Shown: positions 12,420 through 25,039 of the stretch, piece after piece
How the letters are laid out: each line of letters opens with the position of its first letter
Numbering within the stretch: the stretch's first letter is position 1
DNA from: Octopus bimaculoides
Lineage: Eukaryota
DNA: 47,423 nucleotides
NCBI RefSeq assembly: GCF_001194135.2
Contig: NC_069005.1
Span: 14,303,965 to 14,351,387 of the forward strand
Reading direction: 5' to 3'
Position numbers and translations under genes: made by a program
Notes under the pieces: model-generated
The model's input: only the letters and a program-made list of their open reading frames with translations
Databases searched by the model: none
Told to the model about the DNA's origin: nothing

Positions 12420-12580
12420 TTGCAAAATGCTCGGCGGTATTTCGTCAGTCTTTATATTCTGAGTTCATATGCTGCCGAAGTCGACTTTACCTTTCTTCAT
12501 TTCTGGGTCGATAAAATAAGTACCAGTCAAGTACTGACTATCTCTCTCCCCCAAATTTCAGGTTTTGTACCAAAATTTAA
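12420..12580 (+). mobile_element. tRNA-derived SINE, 5'-truncated (same family as 7490)
   Basis: CGGTATTTCGTC..TTCTGAGTTCA..GCCGAAGTCGACTTTACCTTTC..GGGTCGATAAAATAAGTACCAGT. Confidence 0.8.
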
Positions 12581-13383
12581 AATCATTATTATTTGCTCCA
12601 CTGAATATAGATGGTCTTTAAAAAGAATGCATACAAATCAGAAACAAGATCCGAAACTAAATACTTCTGACGTGACACGTGTCAATTTCATCCAGCATTC
12701 CTCGGCAGGACGATATTTGCTGTTAAAGCAGTCCTACATTTGTGATCGTCAAATTTCTTTGAAGACAAAAGAAATTGTGATTTTACAAGAAATCCTCACC
12801 ATATAATATTTTTGACTCCCGTCACAAATCATACTTTCTGAAAATATCTGACTAAAAAATCAGCGAAAGATACGCGGCAAAGTCAGGTTTGAGATTAAAT
12901 TAACGCCGAAGCGAAAACCTCAGCGGCAGCAACGATATGCATTTATTCAGATGTCTGTAAACAGCAGATGTGGTGGGTTGTTTTTGTTTTGTTTTTCCTT
13001 GGTTAAAATAATAGCTTTTTAGTAGAAAGTGGACGTCACTACAGCTTTAGTATTACTGCGTGATTTTACGTTGGATTCCGCTTTGCGGTTCACGAAGCAG
13101 ATGACTTCAACTGTGTCCTCGTGTTATCATTCAATAGCTTCTACATGGAAAACAGGGAAAAGTGTGTGTGTGTGTGTGTGTTGCATGCATGCAAGCAAGC
13201 AAGTGCTCGGTTGGCCTTCACCGCGGTCTGCACTGTGCTTAAATCTATTCATAAAGCACCTATTGGCATCCGTCGTAATGCCCATGTGCCAAGATCGTAG
13301 TGAAAGGCGGCTAGTCGCCACTCTTCACGAGAAAGGGGTCTAAAAACCAACCTGACTTGTCTTTACTCTGATGTTTCCTATTT

Positions 13384-13870
13384 TTAGGAGTGGGCATTTC
13401 TGGCTGCCTTACTTCGTTCTTTTAACACTTGTTCCCTTAAGCGGGTTTGTCTATCGGCTTGAGTTTCCCACCTCCATTGTTTCTGTGTTGGTGTCTCGTG
13501 TTTCCTCGAGCGGGCTTGCCGGGTTGTTTCAAACTGAAGTCTTGCATCTCGTTGCTCTTGTGTCTCCACGGTATTTCGTTGTCTCCGAGATTGGAGCAGG
13601 CCCGTCGCCAGACTTTGGTGCCTTGGAGTGTTTCAGAATTTTCTGGGCGGGCACTAATTTCTAATAATGCTAAAGTGGAGTTTCGAAATAAGTATATCAT
13701 TGTAAATTTGAGGGCGCACCATTGAACAGCGAGGAGGCAGTGCCGTGCAGTATAACCCTTTAGCGACGGGCTTGGATTGGAGCCTGTCCTGCGTTTTTCT
13801 TGTATTTCCCTCGCCCTTCGATTTCTGGAATGTCGGGCAGTAGATGATTGAAAAATTATTATGTTGCCTT
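13384..13870 (-). pseudogene. Helitron-like N-terminal STPR-type repeat fragment
   Basis: ETQEQRDARLQFETTRQARSRKHETPTQKQWRWETQADRQ fits the ET.EQR.ARL repeats of Helitron Rep/Hel N-termini. A second degenerate copy (RRAREIQEKR..RLQS) lies near 13770-13860. No Rep or helicase domain is seen. Confidence 0.55.
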
Positions 13871-14379
13871 CTGAACGAAATGTTTAAAAAATCAAAAATA
13901 AATTCCGCAACTTTTAATTAATTTTTTGTTGTTTCTAAATTCAATCATGTGGCTTTATTTCATCCAACTTTTCGGCCCAGTATAACAATTATACTTTTTG
14001 CATATATCACCAAACTTCACTCCACAAAACAAAAATACGATCGCTTCGAATCATAGCACATGCAACGTAAGGAACGATCAAATAACTCCGAGGATCTCCG
14101 GTTCTCCCCACCTCTGTTTTCAGAAAAAGGAGTCGTTGGCGAGTGAATCGGAAAAAAAACCGAGAAAAGAAAAAACATCTCCAAGGCTGGAGAAATTTTG
14201 GATGGCTGGATGCTCTTCTATTCGCCAACCCTCACTTTTTGAAGTAATATTTCACCATGCCCCATGCATGTTTACATGACAGAGTGGAAACTACGAACAA
14301 GTCTTGCATGACAATGTTATTTGCTTACTACTATTGCCAAATGTTCAGGAAAGGAGACAGTAAAACAAACATATACATA

Positions 14380-15396
14380 TGTAGTGAACACTTCTCTCAC
14401 TAGTAAATATACAGACAAACGCGAGCGTAGTAGAAAGCAACTCATTCCCTCTCATCACCTGACTGACTTATTTACGCGGCAATTGTCTCCACTCCATTGC
14501 CGTCAGGACGCAAACTGACCAACCACAGCCACTAATAAGGTCACGTGAGAGTGTTTCTTCTGATGCTTTCCTGGAGCCCCTATTTTCCTATAAATAGCCT
14601 AAATTATNNNNNNNNNNNNNNNNNNNNNNNNNNNNNNNNNNNNNNNNNNNNNNNNNNNNNNNNNNNNNNNNNNNNNNNNNNNNNNNNNNNNNNNNNNNNN
14701 NNNNNNNNNNNNNNNNNNNNNNNNNNNNNNNNNNTCGCCAGCAGCAGCACGACTCTACGACTACCAGCATCGCCGCCAGCGTCAACATGACTCTACACGT
14801 ACACAAGCTACCAACAGCTAACCGCAGCTTCTCTTCTCGACCCTGTTTGTGTGATTTCTTCACCACGAAAATAACAGCCAGAATCCGACACCTGCGAAGA
14901 ACATCTGTATTCAAGAACCCGGCCCGGCATTGAAGTCCTAACATCACGACGAGTAATCGCTCTGCCCTAACGCTTTAACTTCTTATATACAGACACTTAC
15001 TACTGTGTACTCTAACTAAGAACTGGTATAGTTGCTTATATGTGTTACTGACTCTTATCAATACTATGTATCTCTCGCATTCACATACATGTATTACTCG
15101 CACACACTCTTTTGTTTACATGACGGCCAGTCTTATATTGTTTTGTATTATGTCGCATTCACTCACACACAGACATACAGTTTATTGCTCCAATAAATCT
15201 TACTGTTATTCATCTTTATCGGTTGAGTACTATCTTGTTCCTTACTGGCAAATTTCTAAGTTCTCTATATTATAGAATTATAACATACATATCATTTTAT
15301 ATATTTTGTGTTCGACCGTGTGACGCGTTTATAAAAAGGAGCCTATTTTTCCATTCGTCACCATTTCTCCTTTTGGTTCGCACGGTCGTTCTTACA
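14380..15396 (+). mobile_element. Solo LTR (probably Gypsy-type)
   Basis: TGTAG...TTACA termini, a 4-bp CATA duplication on both sides, TATAAATA at 14589 and AATAAA at 15192. An internal N-gap lies at 14608-14734. Confidence 0.75.
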
Positions 15397-15402
15397 CATA
15401 CA

Positions 15403-15938
15403 TACAAGGTAATGGCCTCAGTGTTTTGGAATACAACAGGCATTGTGGTTACTGACCATCTTTAAAAGGGCCACACCATTAATGGGGAGTACAATGCCAA
15501 CTTGCTGAGGCAGTTACGAAGCGCTATCAAGACCAAACACCCAAGAAAACTGACGAAAGGGGCCTTGTTTCATCAGGACAATGCTCCAACAGACAAGACA
15601 AGTCCTTCGTTTCAACGACTGTTGTGCTTGAATATGGCTTTGAACTGGTTGATCATCCTCCCTATTCTCCTGATTTGGCCACATCTGACTATCAACTGTT
15701 CTCCAGCATGAACCCCCCCCCCCACTTGGCTGGGAACCAGAATCGCAGTGATGATGCCCTATCTGCTGTTGTTACTAGTTACATTTTAAGTCTTCTTTGA
15801 ACAGTCTGATGTTAATTTACCTGGAAGGAAACAATGCAATTATTAATAAAGTGAGCTTAAATTAATGCACGCAAAATTTCTCAACTCTAGCATCACTCCT
15901 TCACAGTCAACCTATGGACTTTTCAGTCAACCCTCGTA
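15403..15938 (+). mobile_element. Mariner 3' half (catalytic region) with right TIR
   Basis: KVMASVFWN..G, FHQDNAP and HPPYSPDLATSDYQLF motifs. It ends ACTTTTCAGTCAACCCTCGTA. Confidence 0.9.
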
Positions 15939-17474
15939 ACCCTCCCCCTGGATCGCAGTGAATATTGATGTATGCTATTAATGTGTCAACATAATATGAT
16001 GCATTTGTCAAANNNNNNNNNNNNNNNNNNNNNNNNNNNNNNNNNNNNNNNNNNNNNNNNNNNNNNNNNNNNNNNNNNNNNNNNNNNNNNNNNNNNNNNN
16101 NNNNNNNNNNNNNNNNNNNNNNNNNNNNNNNNNNNNNNNNNNNNNNNNNNNNNNNNNNNNNNNNNNNNNNNNNNNNNNNNNNNNNNNNNNNNNNNNNNNN
16201 NNNNNNNNNNNNNNNNNNNNNNNNNNNNNNNNNNNNNNNNNNNNNNNNNNNNNNNNNNNNNNNNNNNNNNNNNNNNNNNNNNNNNNNNNNNNNNNNNNNN
16301 NNNNNNNNNNNNNNNNNNNNNNNNNNNNNNNNNNNNNNNNNNNNNNNNNNNNNNNNNNNNNNNNNNNNNNNNNNNNNNNNNNNNNNNNNNNNNNNNNNNN
16401 NNNNNNNNNNNNNNNNNNNNNNNNNNNNNNNNNNNNNNNNNNNNNNNNNNNNNNNNNNNNNNNNNNNNNNNNNNNNNNNNNNNNNNNNNNNNNNNNNNNN
16501 NNNNNNNNNNNNNNNNNNNNNNNNNNNNNNNNNNNNNNNNNNNNNNNNNNNNNNNNNNNNNNNNNNNNNNNNNNNNNNNNNNNNNNNNNNNNNNNNNNNN
16601 NNNNNNNNNNNNNNNNNNNNNNNNNNNNNNNNNNNNNNNNNNNNNNNNNNNNNNNNNNNNNNNNNNNNNNNNNNNNNNNNNNNNNNNNNNNNNNNNNNNN
16701 NNNNNNNNNNNNNNNNNNNNNNNNNNNNNNNNNNNNNNNNNNNNNNNNNNNNNNNNNNNNNNNNNNNGGAAAAAAAAAAGTTTCCTTATTTATTTCTAAA
16801 AAATAAAACTTCTTTTTCCGTCATTTTTCAGGACATAAATTTCATCAATTTGCGGCAGAAGTTCTCAAAATGGCACCCGACAAAGAGTTTCTCAGTATTT
16901 CACGGATTCTTTAAAATACAATTTAAAGCTTCAGAAAATCTATATTAATACTTGAGCGCATCTTCAAAACGTATTTTTCATAATTGTGTTTACACAAAAG
17001 TATGATTAATAAAACGAGATGAGCAAAAATTTTCTAAATACATATTTTTTTCCTAAATTTTCTAACTTTAAAACATTAATTTTTAAACTTTGAAGGCGAA
17101 ATGCACGAATAGTTTTTTTGTCTTTGATCTCTTGTGTGTTCGGAAATCAAAGGATTGAGACTTTCTGGTGCAAAGAATTGTTATAAAATTAAAGCTACTG
17201 TAACTGCAGAAGAGATTGAAAGGTTTAGTCGTCAACTCAATGAACTTAAAATGGATATGGAAAGATAACAAAAACGATTTAGTGATACTTTAAACCTGGA
17301 GCGATATGAGTGGAGGGTGAATATTTTAACTGCAAATGTTGCAGAAGTTGCTGTGACATGTCAAAAATAATTATTAGAACTAAAATGAGATAAAGCAAAT
17401 CGAATTTCAAAAGGTATACCGACAACAATTTACGGCAAAATAAACAGAAAAATCGCCCAGCTTATATCTATCTG

Positions 17475-17830
17475 TGTGTAGTTAAGAAGCTCGCTTTGCA
17501 ACCACGCAGCACTTTGGGAATGTGTTTTTCTATAACACAGAGCTAACCAATGCCTCTTGAGTGAATTTGGTCGGCGGAAACTGTGGAAGACGTACGTACG
17601 TATATATGTATGTATGTGTGTGTGTGTGTGTGTGTTTGCTCCCACTTCGCTCGACAACCAATGCTGGTTTGTTAACGTCCCTGAAGTCAAGCGGTTCAGC
17701 AAAAGAGACCGATAGAATAGGTACCAGATATTAAAATTAAGTACTGGGGTCGATTTGTTCGACTAAATTCGTCAAGGTGGTTTCCCCACAATGGTCGCAT
17801 TCCAGTGATTGAAAGAAGTAAAAGATAAAA
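17475..17830 (+). mobile_element. tRNA-headed SINE with a conserved central domain and internal (TG)n
   Basis: Head TGTGTAGTTAAGAAGCTCGCTTTGCAACCAC, central GAGTGAATTTGGTCGGCGGAAACTG and tail AAGTACTGGGGTCGATT..CAAGGTGGT. It is colinear with the reverse complement of 22310-22672. Confidence 0.8.
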
Positions 17831-17875
17831 TATATTGAAAGCGACATTAATTTTCCGCTATTTTTCCCCTCTTCA

Positions 17876-18030
17876 GAAGGCAGTGAGCTGGTTGAATTGT
17901 TAAAGGGTTGGATAGAGTACTGTCTTTCTGGTATTTTTTCCGATTCTGCGCCCTAAGTTCAAATCCTATTGAAGCCAGCTTTACATTTTCATCCTTTTGG
18001 AGGTCAATAAAAACAAGTATCAATCAAGGT
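17876..18030 (+). mobile_element. Diverged SINE (7490 family)
   Basis: GGCAGTGAGCTGGTTGAATTGTT..AAGTTCAAATCC..TTTCATCCTTTTGGAGGTCAATAAA. Confidence 0.7.
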
Positions 18031-18123
18031 TGGTGAACTGACGGAACTTTCAGCGGCCTCGCGATATTTGTTCTGGCCCTTAATGTTCTGAGCTGCCCAA
18101 TGCGCAGAGCTGTAGGGACCTAA

Positions 18124-18158
<35 letters not shown>

Positions 18159-18927
18159 NNNNNNNNNNNNNNNNNNNNNNNNNNNNNNNNNNNNNNNNNN
18201 NNNNNNNNNNNNNNNNNNNNNNNNNNNNNNNNNNNNNNNNNNNNNNNNNNNNNNNNNNNNNNNNNNNNNNNNNNNNNNNNNNNNNNNNNNNNNNNNNNNN
18301 NNNNNNNNNNNNNNNNNNNNNNNNNNNNNNNNNNNNNNNNNNNNNNNNNNNNNNNNNNNNNNNNNNNNNNNNNNNNNNNNNNNNNNNNNNNNNNNNNNNN
18401 NNNNNNNNNNNNNNNNNNNNNNNNNNNNNNNNNNNNNNNNNNNNNNNNNNNNNNNNNNNNNNNNNNNNNNNNNNNNNNNNNNNNNNNNNNNNNNNNNNNN
18501 NNNNNNNNNNNNNNNNNNNNNNNNNNNNNNNNNNNNNNNNNNNNNNNNNNNNNNNNNNNNNNNNNNNNNNNNNNNNNNNNNNNNNNNNNNNNNNNNNNNN
18601 NNNNNNNNNNNNNNNNNNNNNNNNNNNNNNNNNNNNNNNNNNNNNNNNNNNNNNNNNNNNNNNNNNNNNNNNNNNNNNNNNNNNNNNNNNNNNNNNNNNN
18701 NNNNNNNNNNNNNNNNNNNNNNNNNNNNNNNNNNNNNNNNNNNNNNNNNNNNNNNNNNNNNNNNNNNNNNNNNNNGTAAACACACCAATACTGGTCGTCG
18801 AGCGGTGGCACGCACGCACTCACACAAACATACTTACATGTATGTGTGTATTACGGGGTGGTCAGACCGTAGCTCGAGAACCGTGTCCAGCTCTTTGACT
18901 GTTGATATGTGAATCTTTGGCTGTTAA

Positions 18928-19141
18928 TACGAGGGGATGCTGAAAAGTTCCTGGGTATCGCGAAATTGTTGGTTGGAGGTTCAACCTTCCGAGCTCTTTT
19001 ATTGGGTTTTTAAAAAACTGAAGGACCGCTGCAATAAGTGTTTGAATCTGAGAGGGGAATATATTGAATAAAATCATAATTAACTGATCCTCCTGTATTT
19101 TCTTTTTCCCAAAGCCAGGAGCTTTTCAGCATTCCCTCGTG
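18928..19141 (+). mobile_element. Miniature mariner derivative (about 214 bp) with both TIRs
   Basis: TACGAGGGGATGCTGAAAAGTTCCTGG ... CCAGGAGCTTTTCAGCATTCCCTCGT. It retains the last transposase codons KDRCNKCLNLRGEYIE*. Confidence 0.85.
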
Positions 19142-19217
19142 TATGTGACTCACGGAAATATGTTGACCAAGTTCTTCTTTATCATAACTAATATAAAAGT
19201 TACATAAAAAAATTCAA

Positions 19218-20425
19218 GCTTTATAATTATTTATTGAGTATGAAATGAAACCAGCTTTTCTTACTTTTGTGGGGAGGGAGAAAGGCGTTCCCTAAATATT
19301 TCACGTAAACCCAAATATAAAATTGTAACGATTCGTTTAAATTTCCACTCCTATTTTAGTTTTGGACTGTCTGACTTTCTCAACATATTTCTCATTCAAA
19401 TTCAAACCCTCTAGATACATATAAGTGCATACGTATACATCGTTAGCTTGTAGAATGTCGTTTTCATCACTCTCTTTCAAAACGTGCTATTGTGTGTTGC
19501 CCGTACTTAAAAGTGACAAATGGGTGAACTTATTCGATGTCTTTTTTTTTTCTTTATCTTCCATTATTTATCACGTTTCGCTTTTCACTATATCACTTGT
19601 CACATTTGCCTGCTTAGAACAATATTGATATAACTATTTACTCAATAATTTATTATTATTTTACTTGACGATGAATCATCCACCATTAATACAGCAATGA
19701 GTAACAGAAACAAGTCTAAACGAAAGTGAGACATTGTACTTTAGGGTTGAGGGTAGGAAAGGTTGTAGGAAGAGGGATTAGAGAAATTTAAGGTTGGCAA
19801 GTGTTGTAGAAAGTATATCAGAAGACTGATGTTATGGGTAAGAGGACTAAACAGTTTTATATAAACCGTTCATACCTAATCGGTAGACCTTGCTTCAGTG
19901 TTTCCCAACCTATTATCCCCCAGGCACCACTATAACTTTCCAGAAATATGTAGTCGGGAAAAAACAACAACTTTATTTTAATATTTCACACCAGGGCATT
20001 AGAATAGATCTATCCTGTAGCAAACAGAATTCACAAAGGATGCTTGGCTAGGCTAAGGATAGGCGCAGTATGTTTGTTGTGGAAAAAGATTTTCACAATT
20101 CCATGCCCCACTTTAAAATAAAAAAAGGGAAATTTTGAATCCTACGCCCCACCACATTTTTTTTCAGAATCACTGCTTAGGATACAAGTTTTGCTTACAA
20201 GAGTCTGTGAAAAGTTTGTAACATTAACTTTTTTACCGAAAGCCAGGAACTTTTCAGCATTCCTTCGTATGCTTTATAATTATTTATTGGGTATGAAATG
20301 AAACCAGCAGTGCTGTGAGAACAGCTTTTCTTACTTTTGCTGGAAGGGAAAACGACATTCCCTGAATATTTCAAATAAACCGTAAATAATTGTAATGTAT
20401 CTTTTTAATTTCCACTCCTATTTTA
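19218..20425 (+). repeat. Local direct duplication (19218-19358 vs 20271-20425), each copy preceded by the same mariner right TIR
   Basis: GCTTTATAATTATTTATTG.GTATGAAATGAAACCAGC...ATTTCCACTCCTATTTTA occurs twice. The second TIR copy is at 20239-20269. Confidence 0.8.
19896..20175. mobile_element. Possible hAT (Charlie-type) MITE
   Basis: Starts CAGTGTTTCCCAACC and ends AGAATCACTG. No matching 8-bp TSD was found. Confidence 0.4.
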
Positions 20426-21289
20426 CTTTCTTTGTCATAGTTACGTAGTCATTACAAAACCAGCAACTTGGAATGGCCACTACGAAAGAAATCGCGGAAA
20501 ACTTTTCGCATGATTATCAACCTAAATCAGAAATTAAGTAAAAACAAGCTAACAGTGTTAANNNNNNNNNNNNNNNNNNNNNNNNNNNNNNNNNNNNNNN
20601 NNNNNNNNNNNNNNNNNNNNNNNNNNNNNNNNNNNNNNNNNNNNNNNNNNNNNNNNNNNNNNNNNNNNNNNNNNNNNNNNNNNNNNNNNNNNNNNNNNNN
20701 NNNNNNNNNNNNNNNNNNNNNNNNNNNNNNNNNNNNNNNNNNTAGTTTCACATGATTGGTCAATTAAGCAAATGTTCAGTATCAGGCTGTCGGGTGATTC
20801 AATCTTCTAGAATCTTCTGGTACCTGATAAAAGAGCCGCTTTTGGCGCCTAAATTCTTCGCAGAATGTCGAGGCAGCTGCCTCCATTCTTTGTCATACAA
20901 GAACGACCATTACAGATGGTTCAGACAGATGACCAAGAACTTCCGTCGCCACGAAGATAGTACAATTGTTTTCAAATATATTGGGAAAAACGCAAGTTGC
21001 TGTACCAATAGCATTTGGTCATCTCAGAGCAGTATCTCTCTCTCTCTATCTCTCCCAGTCTGTAATTATTGCTGTTGTTAACTGTCTTTATGTGCGAAAA
21101 TAAATTTTTCTGTTGAATGTTTGTGGGTGCTTCTCAGTTACTTCTTCAGGCAGCCAAGAAACATTATTTTCATTCATCAACTCAACTTAGCTCCTACAAC
21201 AGCATGGATGAAACATCACTCGTGACATCGGGTGACTCAGTCAATAACACTCCAACAGAATATAGCTGCAGTTGTTGCGGTGTTAGATC

Positions 21290-22290
21290 TAAAAAATCAG
21301 TTTAATGCCACACTGCAGAGAAGCACCTCTCTCAGATCAGTGCTAATGTCGCAAGCAAAATGCAAAATGATTTTTAAAATTCTTTTGCATTTAGTTTAGC
21401 GATTGATGAATCAACTGACAGACAAGACAACCCACAACTGGCAGCATTTGTTCATTTTCTTCTGAGTTGCGAAAGAAGAGATGTTGGATTCAGTGGATTT
21501 AGTTGTATTAAAAGATATAAATCATGGCGTAAAAATTGCGCTTGACAGGACCTTAACAAATAAACTTGTCAGTGTTGCAACGGACGGTGCTCTCGCAATG
21601 ATCGGAGAAAACGCAAGATTAATCGCGCTTACGAAAAGCGATCCCAGCTTCTCAGATTTTCTCTCTGTTCATTGTATTATTCATCCATGAACACTTTATA
21701 TCGAGATACTTCAAGTATGAGGGTGTAATGAAATCTGTACTTGAAATTGTGAATTTCTTACGTTTAAATGGGAAGACCCACCGACTGCAGAAATTTTTTT
21801 GAAAAACTGGAGCTTAAAGATAGACCCAGTGATGTGTCTTTATATTGCATTCTGAGGTGGCTATCAACTTGCAACGTCTCGAGGAAGTTTGTGGATTATT
21901 GACATAATGAACAACAGATCTTGCATCCATCCATCATTTTCCATTTGAGGATAGAGTTGTTTTGTTCTTTAAGAAAAGTAATAATTATGTCAATAATGGA
22001 ACAACTACAAACTCTGAACTTGGCACTCCAGAGGAAGGATAATATTATTTCTAATCTTACTCAGTCAGTTTTCAGTTTTCAGCTTTCAGAGTAAAATAAA
22101 AGATTTTAGTGATAAACTGTCAACAAATTTCAGTCATTTTCTCAATCTCAGAAAAAGAGTAAATACAAATATTCCTCGGTACTGAAATTAAAAAAAACCC
22201 CCACGAACTGGAATAACACAAACATAATTTACAAGGACTGCTTGATAATTTCCTGACCAGGTTTGATGACATGCAGAAGATGAAGCCCTA
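21290..22290 (+). pseudogene. hAT (Buster/SPIN-like) transposase pseudogene
   Basis: FSLAIDESTD, VATDGALAMIG, VHCIIH, RWLS, LQTLNLALQ and NFLTRFDD motifs occur in order across frames. Confidence 0.85.
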
Positions 22291-22309
22291 TCTTTATCTT
22301 TTATTGTTT

Positions 22310-22672
22310 CAAATCATTCGACCGCGGCCGTACTGGGGCACCGCCTTGAAGAATTTTTAATCGAATAAATCGACCCCAGTACTTTTTTGTTTTTTTTTAA
22401 AGCCTGGTACTTATTCTATCGATCTCTGTTGCTGAACCGCTTAAAGGGACGTAAACACACCAACACTGATTGTCAAGCGGTGATGGGGAACACACACACA
22501 CACACACACACGATAGACGTCTTTCTGTTTCCGTCTGCCAAATCCACTCACAAGGCATTGGTCGGCCCGAGGCTATAGTAGAAGACACTTGCCCTGAAAG
22601 TGCCACGCAGTGGAATAGAACCCAGAACCATGTGAAGCAAGCCTCTCACCACACATCCACGCCTGCGTCTAC
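22310..22672 (-). mobile_element. Full-length tRNA-headed SINE with central domain and (TG)n
   Basis: The minus strand reads GCAGGCGTGGATGTGTGGT..GGGTTCTATTCC..GGGCAAGTGTCTTCTACTATAGCCTCGGGCCGACCAATGCCTTGTGAGTGGATTTGGCAGACGGAAAC, then the family tail. Confidence 0.85.
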
Positions 22673-23099
22673 TTTATCTTTCTGGTAAACCCTTTCATGG
22701 TTGATATGACCAATGATGGGTTGTTCAATTCTCAAACCTCTAGTCACAGAATCATCGGCTGTGAAAATGGAACTAATGGAAGACCCGGGTCCAAAGACAG
22801 ATCCACAATCTCAGGGATTTGGAAACCAGATTCAGAAGTAAAATATCTTGAACTGAAGAAGACTATGGGCGTGACTCATCCCAACATACTGATGTGACTC
22901 ACTGAACGCTGTAATGGAATCAGTGTAATCGAAGCACTGTGCAAACCTTACAAACCACCACCCGACGGCATTAATTCATACAGGTCTTGAGTACATCCCA
23001 GCTAGATTTTCCAGAAACTGCATGAAATCCCATCCTGTACATACATACATGCACAGACAGACAGACAGACAGATTAGATATATGAATGCCCTTATGTAT

Positions 23100-23292
23100 G
23101 TCCCCTCCCACTGCTTGATAACCGGTTTTGCTTGGTTTATGCCCTCATGATTTAGCGGTTCGACAAGAGAGGGCGCTAAAATAAGTACCACACTTAAAAA
23201 TAAGAACTGGAGTCGATTTGCTGGACTAAACCCTTCAAGATGGTGCCTCAGCATGGCCACAGTCCAGTGACTCAAACAAATAAAAGAGAAAA
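23100..23292 (+). mobile_element. SINE 3' tail (17475/22310 family)
   Basis: TTAGCGGTTCGACAAGAG..AATAAGTACCA..CTGGAGTCGATT..CTTCAAGATGGTGCCTCAGCATGGCC. Confidence 0.75.
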
Positions 23293-23730
23293 GGTATGCA
23301 AAAATTATAATCTACGCTGCTTAAAACAAACACATCCAAAGAAATTACAGTTTTTGGTGAATTAGATTATTTCCAGTCTGTTTACTATTAGTCTACCAAT
23401 ATGAGTTTTACATGTTTAGTGTAAAAAACAATTTCAGCAACATGGACACGGGTCACCAGACGATCTCGTTGAGTTAGACATTACCTAAAAATAACGGTAT
23501 TAAAAACAACATACAAAACCAACAGACTGGGCTTCCATTTGACACGAATTTTATATTTTTACTTAGTATCCGTTAAAACAGCGTCGATTCATGAGATTCA
23601 AGTGAAACTCAAGAAAATAGAATTCGAAATATCTGTGATTAATTTGTTTTTGTTTTCTTTTTGTTTCTTTTTTCTTTGTTTCTTTTTTCTTTTGTAATAA
23701 CGGCGAAACTTTACGTTACTTCTCAAAACT

Positions 23731-23798
23731 TGCACCGTCTGTGCACACATGAAATATTGGGTCAGTTTATGTCATTATATGTGTGCACAGACGGTGCA
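23731..23798. other. Perfect 20-bp stem hairpin with a 28-nt loop in non-repeat sequence
   Basis: TGCACCGTCTGTGCACACAT (23731-23750) is the exact reverse complement of 23779-23798. Confidence 0.9.
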
Positions 23799-24410
23799 TT
23801 AACATCTGATGTTTTTCAAATGGAAAGTCAGCAATAAACAATAAAAGCTACTTGAAGTTCGATGCAATCAAACTAATAATGTAAAACATTAAAATTAGAT
23901 CAACTGCCAGAGCCGTTTCTGTTGGCTTTGTTTTCGAATAAAAGGTCTCTGGACGTTTGTCGTTTAGCGTGCAGCAGCAGCAGCAGTTAAGACAAGGAAC
24001 TCTATCACTGCAAAGTGAACAGATGATGTAGTCAACTTTACAGCAGGTGAGCGGGCGGCTGTTTAATTATCCGCAGTGGCCTGAGCTGTTACCGACCGTA
24101 GCTTATGTGAGAATATTGCTTTACTGACAACAGGTGTAGAGGTTTTGACGACTTGCAAGTCTCCAAGAGATAATAACACGGCCATAAATAACGTTTACAT
24201 ACATAATATTCAGTAAATCACAAAAGAAAACGTGGATTCTCACGCAGACGCACACATACACAAACAACCGTATTGCTACCATTGTCATCGTGACAGTCAT
24301 TTGTGCATTAATCTGGAGGTTGTTTTAACCATCAGATTGCATGAACGCTGCTCTGACATAGCAGACACTTGTGCTAAATCATTTTCATTGGGTATCAGCA
24401 GAGACGGACA

Positions 24411-24419
<9 letters not shown>

Positions 24420-24467
<48 letters not shown>

Positions 24468-24474
24468 CAGAGAC

Positions 24475-24548
<74 letters not shown>
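24420..24548. repeat. (GA)n and long (TA)n microsatellites
   Basis: Directly visible. Confidence 0.98.
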
Positions 24549-24551
<3 letters not shown>

Positions 24552-24749
24552 TGGATAATGTGCAACATCAATTATTCAATATAAGTTCCAAAGGAATATA
24601 CAAGAATAGCGTTAAGGAGCAGAAAAATACTTGTCTGTCACACATATGTTGTGTCGTGGTGTACCGCGAAAAATATGGTAGTCGACATTAAGAGTAAATT
24701 CTCAAAACATTCTGAGACTATAAGTGAGTATTAATATATGTATAAGTGT

Positions 24750-24785
<36 letters not shown>

Positions 24786-25039
24786 ACATGACCTACGCAC
24801 TATAAATGCGTGTATATACGCGTTTGTGTTAGTTTCCACTACTTCACAATCTGTGTTGATTTGTTCACGTCTATATATACTTTAGTAGTTCGCCAGTGAT
24901 ACTTTTGTGGAGAGGAAGTGTTTCTGTGTCAAAATGAGCAATTCGAGTAACCGGTAGCACTTAATAAAGAAGTCATAATCGCCTTTGCGTTACTTTTTTG
25001 ATAATCCTCTTATAATCCTCTTATAATCCTTTCTAATTT

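Noticed and set aside
6605-15396. Two related LTRs in the same orientation as the ends of one retrotransposon
   Set aside because: The right LTR has its own CATA duplication on both sides, the copies are highly diverged, and no gag/pol/integrase of an LTR element lies between them.
18040-18158. Poly(A)32 suggesting a processed pseudogene end
   Set aside because: It lies at a contig edge with no recognisable upstream coding sequence or canonical poly(A) signal close to the tail.
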